Shown piece by piece: positions 36,613-45,522 of a stretch of 64,000 bases of DNA. Each line of letters opens with the position of its first letter. Position 1 is the first letter of the stretch. The translations under genes and the position numbers were made by a program. The notes below the pieces were generated by a model, which was not told where the DNA came from, ran no database searches, and was given only the letters and a program-made list of their open reading frames with translations. Source of the stretch: Bradymonadia bacterium (GTDB lineage: Bacteria > Myxococcota_A > Bradymonadia > REDH01); assembly GCA_047629415.1 (NCBI GenBank), contig JBLHWZ010000002.1, positions 1,917 through 65,916 on the forward strand, given 5' to 3'.

Positions 36613-39600
36613 TCAGCGCGAGACCACAAGGACCCTCTCGGAGTACCAGGAATGTTCACCCGCGAAAATCTGGGAAAGCGACGGCGGATCGAGGTCCCTC
36701 ACCGTTTGCACATAGACCCAGTAATTCACGCTTGGGTCGTCAACCTCGAGGACAGCAGTCAGCCCACTGGTCAGCCTGCCGGAGTCGTCAACCAGCGTTG
36801 TCTCGTCGCGATGATACTCATCTTCGGTGACCACGTAGACTCGATACCCGGACACTCGACGGTCGACCGATATGTCCCAGCTCACGCGAATTGCGCCCGG
36901 CTCACTGGTTCCGACGACCTGGAGAGGCGCCGGGGGAGCAGCTACGTACGGCCAGTTAGGCGACTGGTTTCCCGAGACGACGTCACCCAAAGATGGGTCG
37001 GTGTCCACGTCGACGATCAAGTTTTCGACCTCGTCGCCTGTGATGCCGTCCCAGTAGTTTCGGGACATCGAGACGACCTCACCGGTCTGGTGGCCAGCGT
37101 TCACGGCACGTCCGGCTGCGGGGAGATCGAAGAATGCGGCGTCGGTCCACGAGTTGTCGAAGCGTGTGCTCGTCGGTCCAACCCCGAACTGGATCGCAAA
37201 GGGACCAATAGTCCTCTGAATGACGTTCAAGTTGGCCGAGACAGTGCTCAACTCCTCGCCGTCCCTCGGGACGTCAAGAGCCAGGGTGTTGCCGTGGAAT
37301 TGGTTGGTACTGACCCGCATCTGGTTCACGCCGCCTCCGACCAGCAAACCGGTCTCATTTCCGGCAAAGACGTTGTTCGAGATCACACTGAATGTCGCCA
37401 ATCGAGTCGCACGAACACCGGTAGTTCCCCCGACGAAGAGGTTCTCGGTAACAGTCACCAAGCCGCCGAACGACTCCACCTGAAGACATTGGCCTGTATC
37501 GGCCCAAACCTCGTTCTCAAGGAACGTGAGAGTGTTGGCGCGGAGGTCGAACCCATCTGCATTGTCGTATCCGAAGGAGCTCGTCACCGTGATGCTCTCA
37601 GCGCTCATGGTTGCCGCCGAGTCGTTGTCACGGAAGATCGTCTGGTCGATCAGAATCGTGCTGCGAGCTCCGCCACCGACAAAGCCAGTGGCGAGGCCAG
37701 CGAACTCGCTCTCTTCGATGCGGATTTCCGCTTCGATGTCGTCGGCCAATTGTAGGGAGAGCCCTACGCCGGCACTCTCGCGGACCTGCAAACCCTCCAT
37801 ATAGGGAGCGGTCGTCGTCGAGGTGAGGACCGCGTCACCCGAGCCCGCGTCGTAGATGTGTACGTGGCGAAGTAGCGAGCCGCTGTCGAAGTCTCCGCCA
37901 GCAACGAAGGTCGCGGTTGGACCGTCGATAAAGGCGATTCCTCGCCAGTCGCCGGGGCTGGGCGAAGCCGCCGCCGAGCGCAGCTCAATCGGACAATCCA
38001 CTGCTCCGTCAGCGACCAGCGTGCCGCGAACATCGAGACCGGCAGCAGCAGCGAAATAGATTGGGATGCACTTCGGCACGCTTAGCGTGATCCCCTCCGG
38101 GATCTCGATCACGCCAATCACCTCATATGGGCCCTCTAGCTCGTTCAAAGTGCGGTTTGCCGTGAGCGAGTCCAGACGAGTTCGCAGCAGCGCCTCGCCG
38201 TCGCAGTCCTCATCGACATCGTTTCCGACGTCCTCGATCGCGGCGGGGCTGATCAGTCGATCGTCGTCGCGGCAGTCGTCGCTGTTCGCAACCGTGCCAG
38301 CTGGCTGTTCACAGGACTCGACGATGGCGTCCGGGTCGCCGTAGCCGTCGCCGTCGCCGTCCACAAACCACTGCGGTAGCACGGCAACGTCGTCTACTTC
38401 GTCGTTGCAGTCGTTGTCCGCACCGTCGCAGACTTCGACGCCGAGCGGGTTTGAGCTTGAGTCATCGTCATCGCAATCGGTGTTGTCGGTGACCGTGTCG
38501 TCGAACATCTCTCCGCAGGTCACGCCGGCTGGCGAGCGCCCATAGCCATCGCCGTCACCGTCGAAGTATCGGCGCGTAGCGGTGCGAACATCGAGGCTGT
38601 TGTCATCGTCGTCGACGAGCCCATCACAATCGTTGTCTTCGCCATCGCAGACCTCGTTGGCGTCCGGATTGAAGAGCCCGGCATCGTCGCGGCAATCCTG
38701 GTTGTTGAGCACGGTCGCGGGTGGGTGGTCAGCGAAACACGCTTCGCCAGCGGCATCGGTAGCACCGAATCCGTCTTCATCTGCATCCGCGAAGTAGGGC
38801 AGGCTGTCGGTCGGGTCGTTGTCTGCAACGCCGTCGCAGTCCTCATCAACGCCGTCGCAGCGTTCGGCGGCACCGGGGAAGATATCTCGGTCGACGTCGT
38901 CGCAGTCGATGAGGTCGATCAGCTCCTCTTCGACATAGGCGGCACCCGGACGCTCGCATGCCCAAAGCACGTCGACCTCACCAGGGAATCCGTCTCCATC
39001 GATGTCGCGGAACCAGCGCGTCGCATCGGCAGAATTGTCGTCGATCTGCCCGGAACAGTCGTTGTCAATGCCGTCGCAGATGTCGGCCTGGCCTGGGTTG
39101 ACGTCAGGGTTGTCGTCGTCACAGTCGCTGACCGCTGGGTAGCCGTCACCATCTCCGTCGCCTGCGCAGACATCGCCGATACCGTCACCGTCCTGATCGG
39201 CCTGACTCGGATTGATGTGCCTCGGGCAGTTGTCATCAATGTCCGCCACCGTGTCATTGTCATCATCCTCGTCGCAGGCATCACCCGCTCCGTCCTCGTC
39301 GGCGTCCGTTTGCGACGGGTTGGGTGCGCTGACGCAGTTGTCTTCTGCGTCGACGACGCCGTCTCCATCAGAGTCGTCGCATGCGTCACCGATACCGTCG
39401 GCGTCCTCGTCCGCTCCGCCGGCGTTCGGGGTCTCCGGGCAGTTGTCGATATCGTTCGTATCGCCGTCACCGTCGCGGTCTTCATCACAGGCGTCGCCCT
39501 CTCCGTCCTGGTCCAAGTCGGCTTGCTCTGGGTTCGGCGTCGGGCAGTTGTCTTCACCATCAAAGACGCCGTCAAAGTCGGAGTCCTCGCATGCGTCACC

Positions 39601-40860
39601 GACACCGTTGCTGTTGACGTCGAGACCCTGCTGGTTGGGGACTTCGGGGCAGTCGTCGATGTCGTCCATGAACGTATCACCGTCTGAGTCATCGCAGGCG
39701 TCGCCGAGGCCGTCGCCGTCCCAATCCGCCTGGTCGGGGTTCTCTTCAGTGTCGCAGTTGTCGACGTCATCGAACTGTCCGTCTCCGTCTTCGTCGAGGT
39801 TCTCAGCGCAGATGAGCATCCGCTCGGCGCCACAGGCCCAGGTGTGGTTGGGCCCGCACGCAGTACCCACCTCAAACGGGAAGACAAACCCACAACCCCC
39901 GCACTCGTTCTGCGGCGTCGCTTCGACACAGACGAGACTCTCGCGGGAAGCGCAAACAAAGGTCCCGTCGCTGCAATCGCCGCACGAGTCGCCTGGCCGA
40001 CCAGTGACTAGACCGCGACCGCCGCAGACATTCGTCGTGTCGTCCGAGCGACACTCGATTGAGTTCGCGCCATCGCAGACGACAATGCTGCCTTCGCCAC
40101 ATGAGCGGCCAGGCAAGCCGGGCAGCTCCTCGCATCCGCCGCATCCATTATAAGGAAGTGCGTCCACGCAGGCGACGCCGTCAGTGCCTTCGGCGGTGCA
40201 GACGTAGGCGCCGGTTCCACCGCAACCACAAGTCTCTCCGAGTGGCTGATTCAGAAGGTTACAGCCGCCGCACTCGTTGATGCCGATCTCGTCCTGGCCT
40301 TGTTCATCGCGCCGATGCACGCACTGGAGCGCGTTAAGATCGCCAGTGTTGAAGGCACACGTGAGAACGCCGCGGTCACACGGTCCACAGGGTAATCCTG
40401 GGGCGTCATCAATGAGCTCCGTGCCTCCACATACGTTGGCTGCATCCGCATCACAGGCGACCAGGTCAGGAGTACGACACACCCAAATGCCGGCTCCGCA
40501 GCCATCTTCGCTTCCTGGAGTGCCCTCAAGAACCTCGCAGCCACCGCAGCCATTGGGCGACGCGGCGCCACAGCGAGGCGGATCCACCGTCTGTGTACAG
40601 CTGAACGTCGCGCCAACACACTCGATGCGGTCAATTCCGTCGCAAACGAGGTTTCCGTTATCGCAGACACCGCAGGTCGCACCTGGCACGGCGGCCTCAC
40701 CATCCGCTGTCAGCAGGGTGCTCCCGCCACAGGGGTTCTTGTACGTAGGATCGGCGAAGGCGACGCATCCGGTGAGGAACGCAAACGAGATCACGACCGC
40801 AAACAGAGCTGCGACGTGGCGAATACAGAGTGGGTGGAGCAAGCGTTTCACGAGCGACAT
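36613..40860 (-). CDS. Giant mosaic lipoprotein with CGGC modules, TSP3-like repeats, MopE-like motifs, a beta-helix and an FN3-like domain
   Basis: ATG at 40860 gives MSLVKRLL...FAFLTGCVAF (lipobox). Domain map by ORF residue: ~56-365, about 8 CGGC six-Cys modules; 366-585, thrombospondin-type-3-like Ca-binding repeats (DxDxDGxGDxCDxxxDNCP); 586-905, MopE-like metal-binding motifs (DxDGDGyG...PGAxExCDGxDNDCDG); ~906-1315, right-handed beta-helix-like repeats; 1320-1428, FN3-like (GAIRVSWD...GYRVYV). Confidence 0.85.
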   Translation of the reverse strand: MSLVKRLLHPLCIRHVAALFAVVISFAFLTGCVAFADPTYKNPCGGSTLLTADGEAAVPGATCGVCDNGNLVCDGIDRIECVGATFSCTQTVDPPRCGAASPNGCGGCEVLEGTPGSEDGCGAGIWVCRTPDLVACDADAANVCGGTELIDDAPGLPCGPCDRGVLTCAFNTGDLNALQCVHRRDEQGQDEIGINECGGCNLLNQPLGETCGCGGTGAYVCTAEGTDGVACVDALPYNGCGGCEELPGLPGRSCGEGSIVVCDGANSIECRSDDTTNVCGGRGLVTGRPGDSCGDCSDGTFVCASRESLVCVEATPQNECGGCGFVFPFEVGTACGPNHTWACGAERMLICAENLDEDGDGQFDDVDNCDTEENPDQADWDGDGLGDACDDSDGDTFMDDIDDCPEVPNQQGLDVNSNGVGDACEDSDFDGVFDGEDNCPTPNPEQADLDQDGEGDACDEDRDGDGDTNDIDNCPETPNAGGADEDADGIGDACDDSDGDGVVDAEDNCVSAPNPSQTDADEDGAGDACDEDDDNDTVADIDDNCPRHINPSQADQDGDGIGDVCAGDGDGDGYPAVSDCDDDNPDVNPGQADICDGIDNDCSGQIDDNSADATRWFRDIDGDGFPGEVDVLWACERPGAAYVEEELIDLIDCDDVDRDIFPGAAERCDGVDEDCDGVADNDPTDSLPYFADADEDGFGATDAAGEACFADHPPATVLNNQDCRDDAGLFNPDANEVCDGEDNDCDGLVDDDDNSLDVRTATRRYFDGDGDGYGRSPAGVTCGEMFDDTVTDNTDCDDDDSSSNPLGVEVCDGADNDCNDEVDDVAVLPQWFVDGDGDGYGDPDAIVESCEQPAGTVANSDDCRDDDRLISPAAIEDVGNDVDEDCDGEALLRTRLDSLTANRTLNELEGPYEVIGVIEIPEGITLSVPKCIPIYFAAAAGLDVRGTLVADGAVDCPIELRSAAASPSPGDWRGIAFIDGPTATFVAGGDFDSGSLLRHVHIYDAGSGDAVLTSTTTAPYMEGLQVRESAGVGLSLQLADDIEAEIRIEESEFAGLATGFVGGGARSTILIDQTIFRDNDSAATMSAESITVTSSFGYDNADGFDLRANTLTFLENEVWADTGQCLQVESFGGLVTVTENLFVGGTTGVRATRLATFSVISNNVFAGNETGLLVGGGVNQMRVSTNQFHGNTLALDVPRDGEELSTVSANLNVIQRTIGPFAIQFGVGPTSTRFDNSWTDAAFFDLPAAGRAVNAGHQTGEVVSMSRNYWDGITGDEVENLIVDVDTDPSLGDVVSGNQSPNWPYVAAPPAPLQVVGTSEPGAIRVSWDISVDRRVSGYRVYVVTEDEYHRDETTLVDDSGRLTSGLTAVLEVDDPSVNYWVYVQTVRDLDPPSLSQIFAGEHSWYSERVLVVSR

Positions 40861-41096
40861 GGTGCTAGCTGAATTGCTTGCATCATGCGGAAGGGGCACA
40901 GGCTAGTCAAACAAAAATGCGTTTCATTTCAATGACTTCGAGATTACCAACCTCTCCGAAGGGTGCTCGAAGGTTCGCTATGACACTTGAGCTAGAGTGC
41001 GTGATCTACCGGCACCACGCTCTTCATCGCTTGACTCGCGTCTCGATGCGCCAAGTTTGCAGCGCGCGAATCAACAACTCCCAGCGATGCGATCCT

Positions 41097-42992
41097 ATGG
41101 CTGCCAAGAATCATGAGTTTCAGGCTGAGGTCTCCCAAGTCCTCAATCTCGTCATCAACTCTCTCTATCGGAACAAGGAGATCTTCCTCCGCGAGCTGAT
41201 CTCAAACGCGTCAGATGCGATCGACAAGTTGCGCTTCGAGGCGCTAACCGATGAGTCACTGAACGCCGGTACCGCACAGATTCGCCTCATCCCCAACGCA
41301 GACGCCAAGACGCTCACGATTGAGGACGACGGCATCGGCATGTCCGAGGACGAGCTGATGAAGAATCTCGGCACGATCGCGCATTCGGGTACGAAGGCGT
41401 TCATGCAGCAGCTCGAAGCCGGAGCCGACGTCGAGCTCATCGGGCAATTTGGTGTTGGTTTCTACAGCTCCTTCCTCGTCGCGGACCGTGTAGACGTCAT
41501 CACCCGAAAGGCCGGCAGCGAGACCGCCCTCAAGTGGTCGTCTGACGCCAAAGCGAGCTTCACGATTGAGCCGGCTGAGCGCGACTCGCATGGCACGTCG
41601 ATCGTGCTGCACTTGGCGGACGATCAGGTCGAGTACACAGGCTCCTATCGCCTGCAGAACTTGGTCACGCGCTACTCCGACTTCGTGGGTCACCCCATCG
41701 CGCTTGCTACGTTGCCGCCCGCTCCCGTCGACGAAGATGGAGAAGAAATCATCGACGCCGAGCCGGCTGAGCCCGTCTTTGAGACGATCAACCAGGGCAG
41801 CGCGCTCTGGCAGCGCTCGCCGGACGAGATCACCGATGAGCAGTACGGAGAGTTCTACAAGCACCTCTCTCATGATTGGGAGCCGCCGCTGACGAGAACG
41901 CACTTCACCATCGAGGGAAGCCAGGAGTTTACTGCGCTCCTCTATGTGCCGAAGCGAGCGCCGTTCGACATGTTCGACCGCGAGTCCAAGCACGGCGTGC
42001 GGTTCTTCGTGAAGCGCGTGTTCATCATGGACGACTGTGCCGAGCTGCTCCCTGTTTGGCTGCGCTTCGTCCGCGGCGTCGTCGACTCATCTGACCTTCC
42101 GCTCAACGTGTCCCGCGACGTCCTGCAGGACTCCCGCGCCGCGGCCATCATCCGCAAGCAGGTCGTCAAGAAGGTGCTCGATGCCCTCGACAATCTCGCG
42201 ATGGAGAAGCCCGAAGATTACCAGATCTTCTGGGACACCTTCGGCAAGGTGATGAAGGAGGGCGTGCATTATGACAAGAAGGCCGCCAAGCGCCTTTCGA
42301 CGTTACTGCGCTTCGAGAGCTCACACTCTGACGGCTTCACCTCGCTCACAGACTATGTCGAACGCATGCCCGAAGGGCAGACCGACATCTACTACGCGAT
42401 CGGACCCAGCAAGATGCTGGTTGAATCGAGCCCCCACCTCGAGGCCTTCAAGAAGAAGGGCTACGAGGTCCTCTACCTGACGGACCCGATCGACCAGTGG
42501 ATGGTCGACGGACTCGACGAGTTCAACGAGAAGTCGCTGGTGTCTGTCGCAGGCGCCGACCTCGATCTCGACGAGGGTGACGAAGAGGCAAAGAAGGCAG
42601 CGGAGGAACGAGAGAAGACCCTCGTTCCGCTCACCGACCGCTTCGCTGAGGTGCTCGGGGACCGTGTGAAAGAGGTCAAACTCTCTCGTCGACTCGCAGA
42701 CTCGCCGGTCTGTTTGGTGACGCCCGAAGGCGGCCTGCCCTCGCACATCGAGCGTATGCTGCGAATGCAGAACCAAGATATGCCTAGCACCCCGCGGGTC
42801 CTGGAGCTCAACCCTGAGCACCCAATCATCGTCGATCTCGAGAAGAAGCTCGGGGGCGATTCAGTGACGGTCGAAGACTTCATCCATCTGCTCTACGATC
42901 AGGCGCTGCTCCGCGAAGGCAGCCCGATCGATGACCCGTCTGGCTTCGCCGCTCGGATGTCCAAGCTCATGGTGAATTCGCTCAAGGGCTGA
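41097..42992 (+). CDS. htpG: Molecular chaperone HtpG (Hsp90)
   Basis: ATG at 41097 gives MAAKNHEFQAEVSQVLNLVINSLYRNKEIFLRELISNASDAIDKLR. Also IGQFGVGFYSSFLVAD. About 631 aa. Confidence 0.93.
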   Translation: MAAKNHEFQAEVSQVLNLVINSLYRNKEIFLRELISNASDAIDKLRFEALTDESLNAGTAQIRLIPNADAKTLTIEDDGIGMSEDELMKNLGTIAHSGTKAFMQQLEAGADVELIGQFGVGFYSSFLVADRVDVITRKAGSETALKWSSDAKASFTIEPAERDSHGTSIVLHLADDQVEYTGSYRLQNLVTRYSDFVGHPIALATLPPAPVDEDGEEIIDAEPAEPVFETINQGSALWQRSPDEITDEQYGEFYKHLSHDWEPPLTRTHFTIEGSQEFTALLYVPKRAPFDMFDRESKHGVRFFVKRVFIMDDCAELLPVWLRFVRGVVDSSDLPLNVSRDVLQDSRAAAIIRKQVVKKVLDALDNLAMEKPEDYQIFWDTFGKVMKEGVHYDKKAAKRLSTLLRFESSHSDGFTSLTDYVERMPEGQTDIYYAIGPSKMLVESSPHLEAFKKKGYEVLYLTDPIDQWMVDGLDEFNEKSLVSVAGADLDLDEGDEEAKKAAEEREKTLVPLTDRFAEVLGDRVKEVKLSRRLADSPVCLVTPEGGLPSHIERMLRMQNQDMPSTPRVLELNPEHPIIVDLEKKLGGDSVTVEDFIHLLYDQALLREGSPIDDPSGFAARMSKLMVNSLKG

Positions 42993-43064
42993 ACGGCAGT
43001 CGCGGGGGAGCCCGCCTGCGACTCGAGTTCGCATCTTTCCCGGCCTGGGGGCATTTGACCCCTG

Positions 43065-43373
43065 ATGATGATTCTGATCCCAACAGGCTGGGTTACGTGC
43101 ATGATGCTGGCGGCCGCTTCGCACGCGCCCAAGCTGGTGCCACCGGAGATGCTGAACGCGCCCGTGTTACCGACTGCGATGGAGCGGATTGAAGAGGCCG
43201 CTGAGCTGGCGGCGGACAACAGCCCCAGCCGCGTGATGGACCGACGGCTGGGGCGGAATCGTGACCGGATCGATGAATGGTCAGTCTCGCCGATGCCCCC
43301 TCCCACCGAGGAAGGATATCAGCGGCCCGGGCGTGGAAGAGTGCTGGGAATCCAGGCACGCATTGTCTGGTAG
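43065..43373 (+). CDS. Possible small hypothetical protein
   Basis: 102-codon ORF in the gap after htpG. Hand-counted third-position GC is about 74%, which is coding-like for this genome. No recognisable motif, and the start is uncertain. Confidence 0.3.
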   Translation: MMILIPTGWVTCMMLAAASHAPKLVPPEMLNAPVLPTAMERIEEAAELAADNSPSRVMDRRLGRNRDRIDEWSVSPMPPPTEEGYQRPGRGRVLGIQARIVW

Positions 43374-43392
43374 ATCGTAACTCGATCACCGT

Positions 43393-43475
43393 GCCTAGCG
43401 ATTAGGAGGGACACGAAACCGGGCCGACTGCGAAGCGAGGGAGATGGCCAGACGGTCCCTCCTAATCGCCTAGCC
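43393..43475. repeat. Long intergenic hairpin (possible bidirectional terminator) between convergent genes
   Basis: GCCTAGCGATTAGGAGGGAC (43393-43412) pairs with GTCCCTCCTAATCGCCTAGCC (43455-43475): 15 perfect bp plus an extension with one bulge. The 42-nt loop contains GCGAAGCGAGG. There is no U-tract. Confidence 0.55.
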
Positions 43476-43534
43476 GGAGAGAAGCGGCCAACGGCGAGCG
43501 TGAACGTCGCCGCCTCCGTTCGCTAAGGGTCGAC

Positions 43535-44005
43535 TCAATCCGCTATGAACTCAGCCGTCGCGGTCACAGCGGTCCAACCGCACACGAAGTCGCTGGAGGG
43601 ACGGCTCTCTGTCCATTCGAAAGCAGCGCTCCCTTCGATGTTCGCTCCCTCCACTACGAGAGTAAGTGCGATCGTGGTGGGCCCTGCGTCGAGGCCGTCC
43701 CGCAATTCGAGTTCACCGGACAGACACGTTGCCCCACCTACTCCGGTCCCGATGGAAGTGGGAACGCGCGGAAGGTCAGTATCGGTATGGAAGCGTAGCT
43801 CTTCGAAGGTGCCGAGGTGGTGCCAGCATTCGAGGTGCTGTCCTTCGATGATCACTGCTTCAGGCTCAGCGTTGAGCTGAATCATCGCGACCTGGGAGAC
43901 CGGCCCACTAAGCCGGCCTTCGCAGACGTCGCTGCATCCGACGAGTGCCGTCGCGATGAGTATAACAGTTCCTACCTGTGACGCCCTTGAGAACAGTCTC
44001 GCCAC
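43535..44005 (-). CDS. Small hypothetical lipoprotein
   Basis: MARLFSRASQVGTVILIATALVGCSD (lipobox). 156 aa with no known motif. Confidence 0.6.
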   Translation of the reverse strand: MARLFSRASQVGTVILIATALVGCSDVCEGRLSGPVSQVAMIQLNAEPEAVIIEGQHLECWHHLGTFEELRFHTDTDLPRVPTSIGTGVGGATCLSGELELRDGLDAGPTTIALTLVVEGANIEGSAAFEWTESRPSSDFVCGWTAVTATAEFIAD

Positions 44006-44016
44006 AGCAGCGCGGC

Positions 44017-45117
44017 CTACTCCAACGGAGCAGCGTCTAGCTGATCCTGGATGAACTTGCCCATCTGCTGGCCGATATACGCGACGATGTTGGCGTCGTA
44101 CTGCGAGTAGAACGAGCGATCTTTGCGGTTCATCAACACCAGCGCGCCGAAGGCCCGAGGCCCGGATTGGATAGGCGACGCGGCGATCGATTTCACTTCA
44201 AACCCACCCTTGTCGGCAAGCTCATCGGTGTGGCGTCCGTCCTTTGCAGGATTGGCGACCGCGATTGCGATACCGTCTCTCACTGCCGCGGCGGGGACGC
44301 CTTCGCGGATGCTGAAGTCCCCCTTCAGGAACTTCTTCTTCCCTGCTCCACGAGCGGCCGCGAAGTAGAGCGAGTCGGCCGTATCCGCCGCGAACATCAG
44401 CCCGCCTGATCCGGACGGGACATATTTCATCGCGAGCTCGATCACAAAGTCGATCGCGTCTTCCATCGCGAAATCAGGCTCGAAGATACTGGTGATTTCA
44501 AGGAAGACGTCCTCGAGAGCCGTCTCGGAAATCGACTGGTTCTCAGGGGTTTCCTTCGCGTCCGGCACCTCAGAGATGATCGAGTCGTTGCTGGCAGGCT
44601 CGGCCTTTGGCGCGACCGTGTCGGCGACGACGCGGCCCTGAAGACCCTCTTCTACGTCCGGCTTTTGAATCTCGGTGGAGACAATGGATCGGAAGGCTCC
44701 CGTCGCCTTGTCGGTGAAGCCGATGGAGTGATGGCGGCCCGATCCGCCTGTTTTCGGTTTCGCTTTCGCGCCTGTTTTCGGCTTCGGCTTCGGCTTCGCT
44801 TTTGTCTTCAGTGGCGGCTGCGGGGCTGCCGCGGCAACGTCGATGACTTGATGGCTGCCTGTCAGGGCCTGGAGAACCTGCGACTGACGCACGTTTGTCT
44901 CGTCAATCTCGCGGAGCCGGAACGTCTGCCGCGACTTCGGATCCGTGACGTTGATTTCGTTTTGACCGAGATCTACGAAGAAATCCTCCATCTTTGCCTT
45001 TGGGTTTCCGCCGCTTTTCTTGATGCCTGCGCGGAGCGCAGCCATCCAGTGGGGCGCGTCTACCTGGAGGGTGCGCTGGGAGCCGTCGGTCGAGGAAAAG
45101 TGTACTTCGTAAAACAT
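44017..45117 (-). CDS. GAF-domain protein with a novel N-terminal domain and a Lys/Pro/Ala-rich basic linker
   Basis: The C-terminal ~170 aa are GAF-like (DAIDFVIELAMKYVPSGSGGLMFA...FGALVLMNRK...). The linker is PPLKTKAKPKPKPKTGAKAKPKTGG (44749-44811). Confidence 0.75.
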   Translation of the reverse strand: MFYEVHFSSTDGSQRTLQVDAPHWMAALRAGIKKSGGNPKAKMEDFFVDLGQNEINVTDPKSRQTFRLREIDETNVRQSQVLQALTGSHQVIDVAAAAPQPPLKTKAKPKPKPKTGAKAKPKTGGSGRHHSIGFTDKATGAFRSIVSTEIQKPDVEEGLQGRVVADTVAPKAEPASNDSIISEVPDAKETPENQSISETALEDVFLEITSIFEPDFAMEDAIDFVIELAMKYVPSGSGGLMFAADTADSLYFAAARGAGKKKFLKGDFSIREGVPAAAVRDGIAIAVANPAKDGRHTDELADKGGFEVKSIAASPIQSGPRAFGALVLMNRKDRSFYSQYDANIVAYIGQQMGKFIQDQLDAAPLE

Positions 45118-45144
45118 AAGTTCAGCCGAGGTCAGTCGAGTCTT

Positions 45145-45411
45145 CTACGCACCAGAACTGCAGGAACCGCAGCTGCCCCCCGCGCCGCAACCAAGCGACG
45201 CGCCGTCCACATCATAGCCCAATATCTTCAGTGACTCAGCGGAGTACTGACGAGGGCTACTCTCCGACAAAACTGTCGAGCAGAGCGTGCAGACCTGGAT
45301 CCACTCATCGTCTGTATCAAGATCCTGAGCGATGACGACATCGCGGGAGCAAGAAGTACAGTGAGCGACCGGAAATGTAAGAGAATCCAACAAGTTTTCT
45401 ACTGGGTGCAC
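45145..45411 (-). CDS. Small zinc-ribbon-like protein with a Cys/Gly/Ser-rich C-terminal tail (FmdB-like?)
   Basis: 88 codons with a GTG start. CTSC-x19-CTLC, and the tail reads LGCGAGGSCGSCSSGA. It lies 27 nt upstream of the GAF gene on the same strand. Third-position GC is only moderate. Confidence 0.5.
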   Translation of the reverse strand: MHPVENLLDSLTFPVAHCTSCSRDVVIAQDLDTDDEWIQVCTLCSTVLSESSPRQYSAESLKILGYDVDGASLGCGAGGSCGSCSSGA

Positions 45412-45522
45412 CTAAGTGAATACTCGATCACGCTGCACGCGCAAAGGCTGGCTCCCTTGAAGTTCTCCCCGAACCAGAACACGTTCTAGTTCCTCGTTGA
45501 ACAACCCCGGCGACAGGCCAAT

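Noticed and set aside
40900-41096. A search for CIRCE or sigma-32-type heat-shock elements upstream of htpG (AT-rich stretch; CTTGAG...GAGTGC).
   Set aside because: Only partial half-site matches were found. No convincing TTAGCACTC-N9-GAGTGCTAA or CTTGAA-N13-15-CCCCAT arrangement is present.
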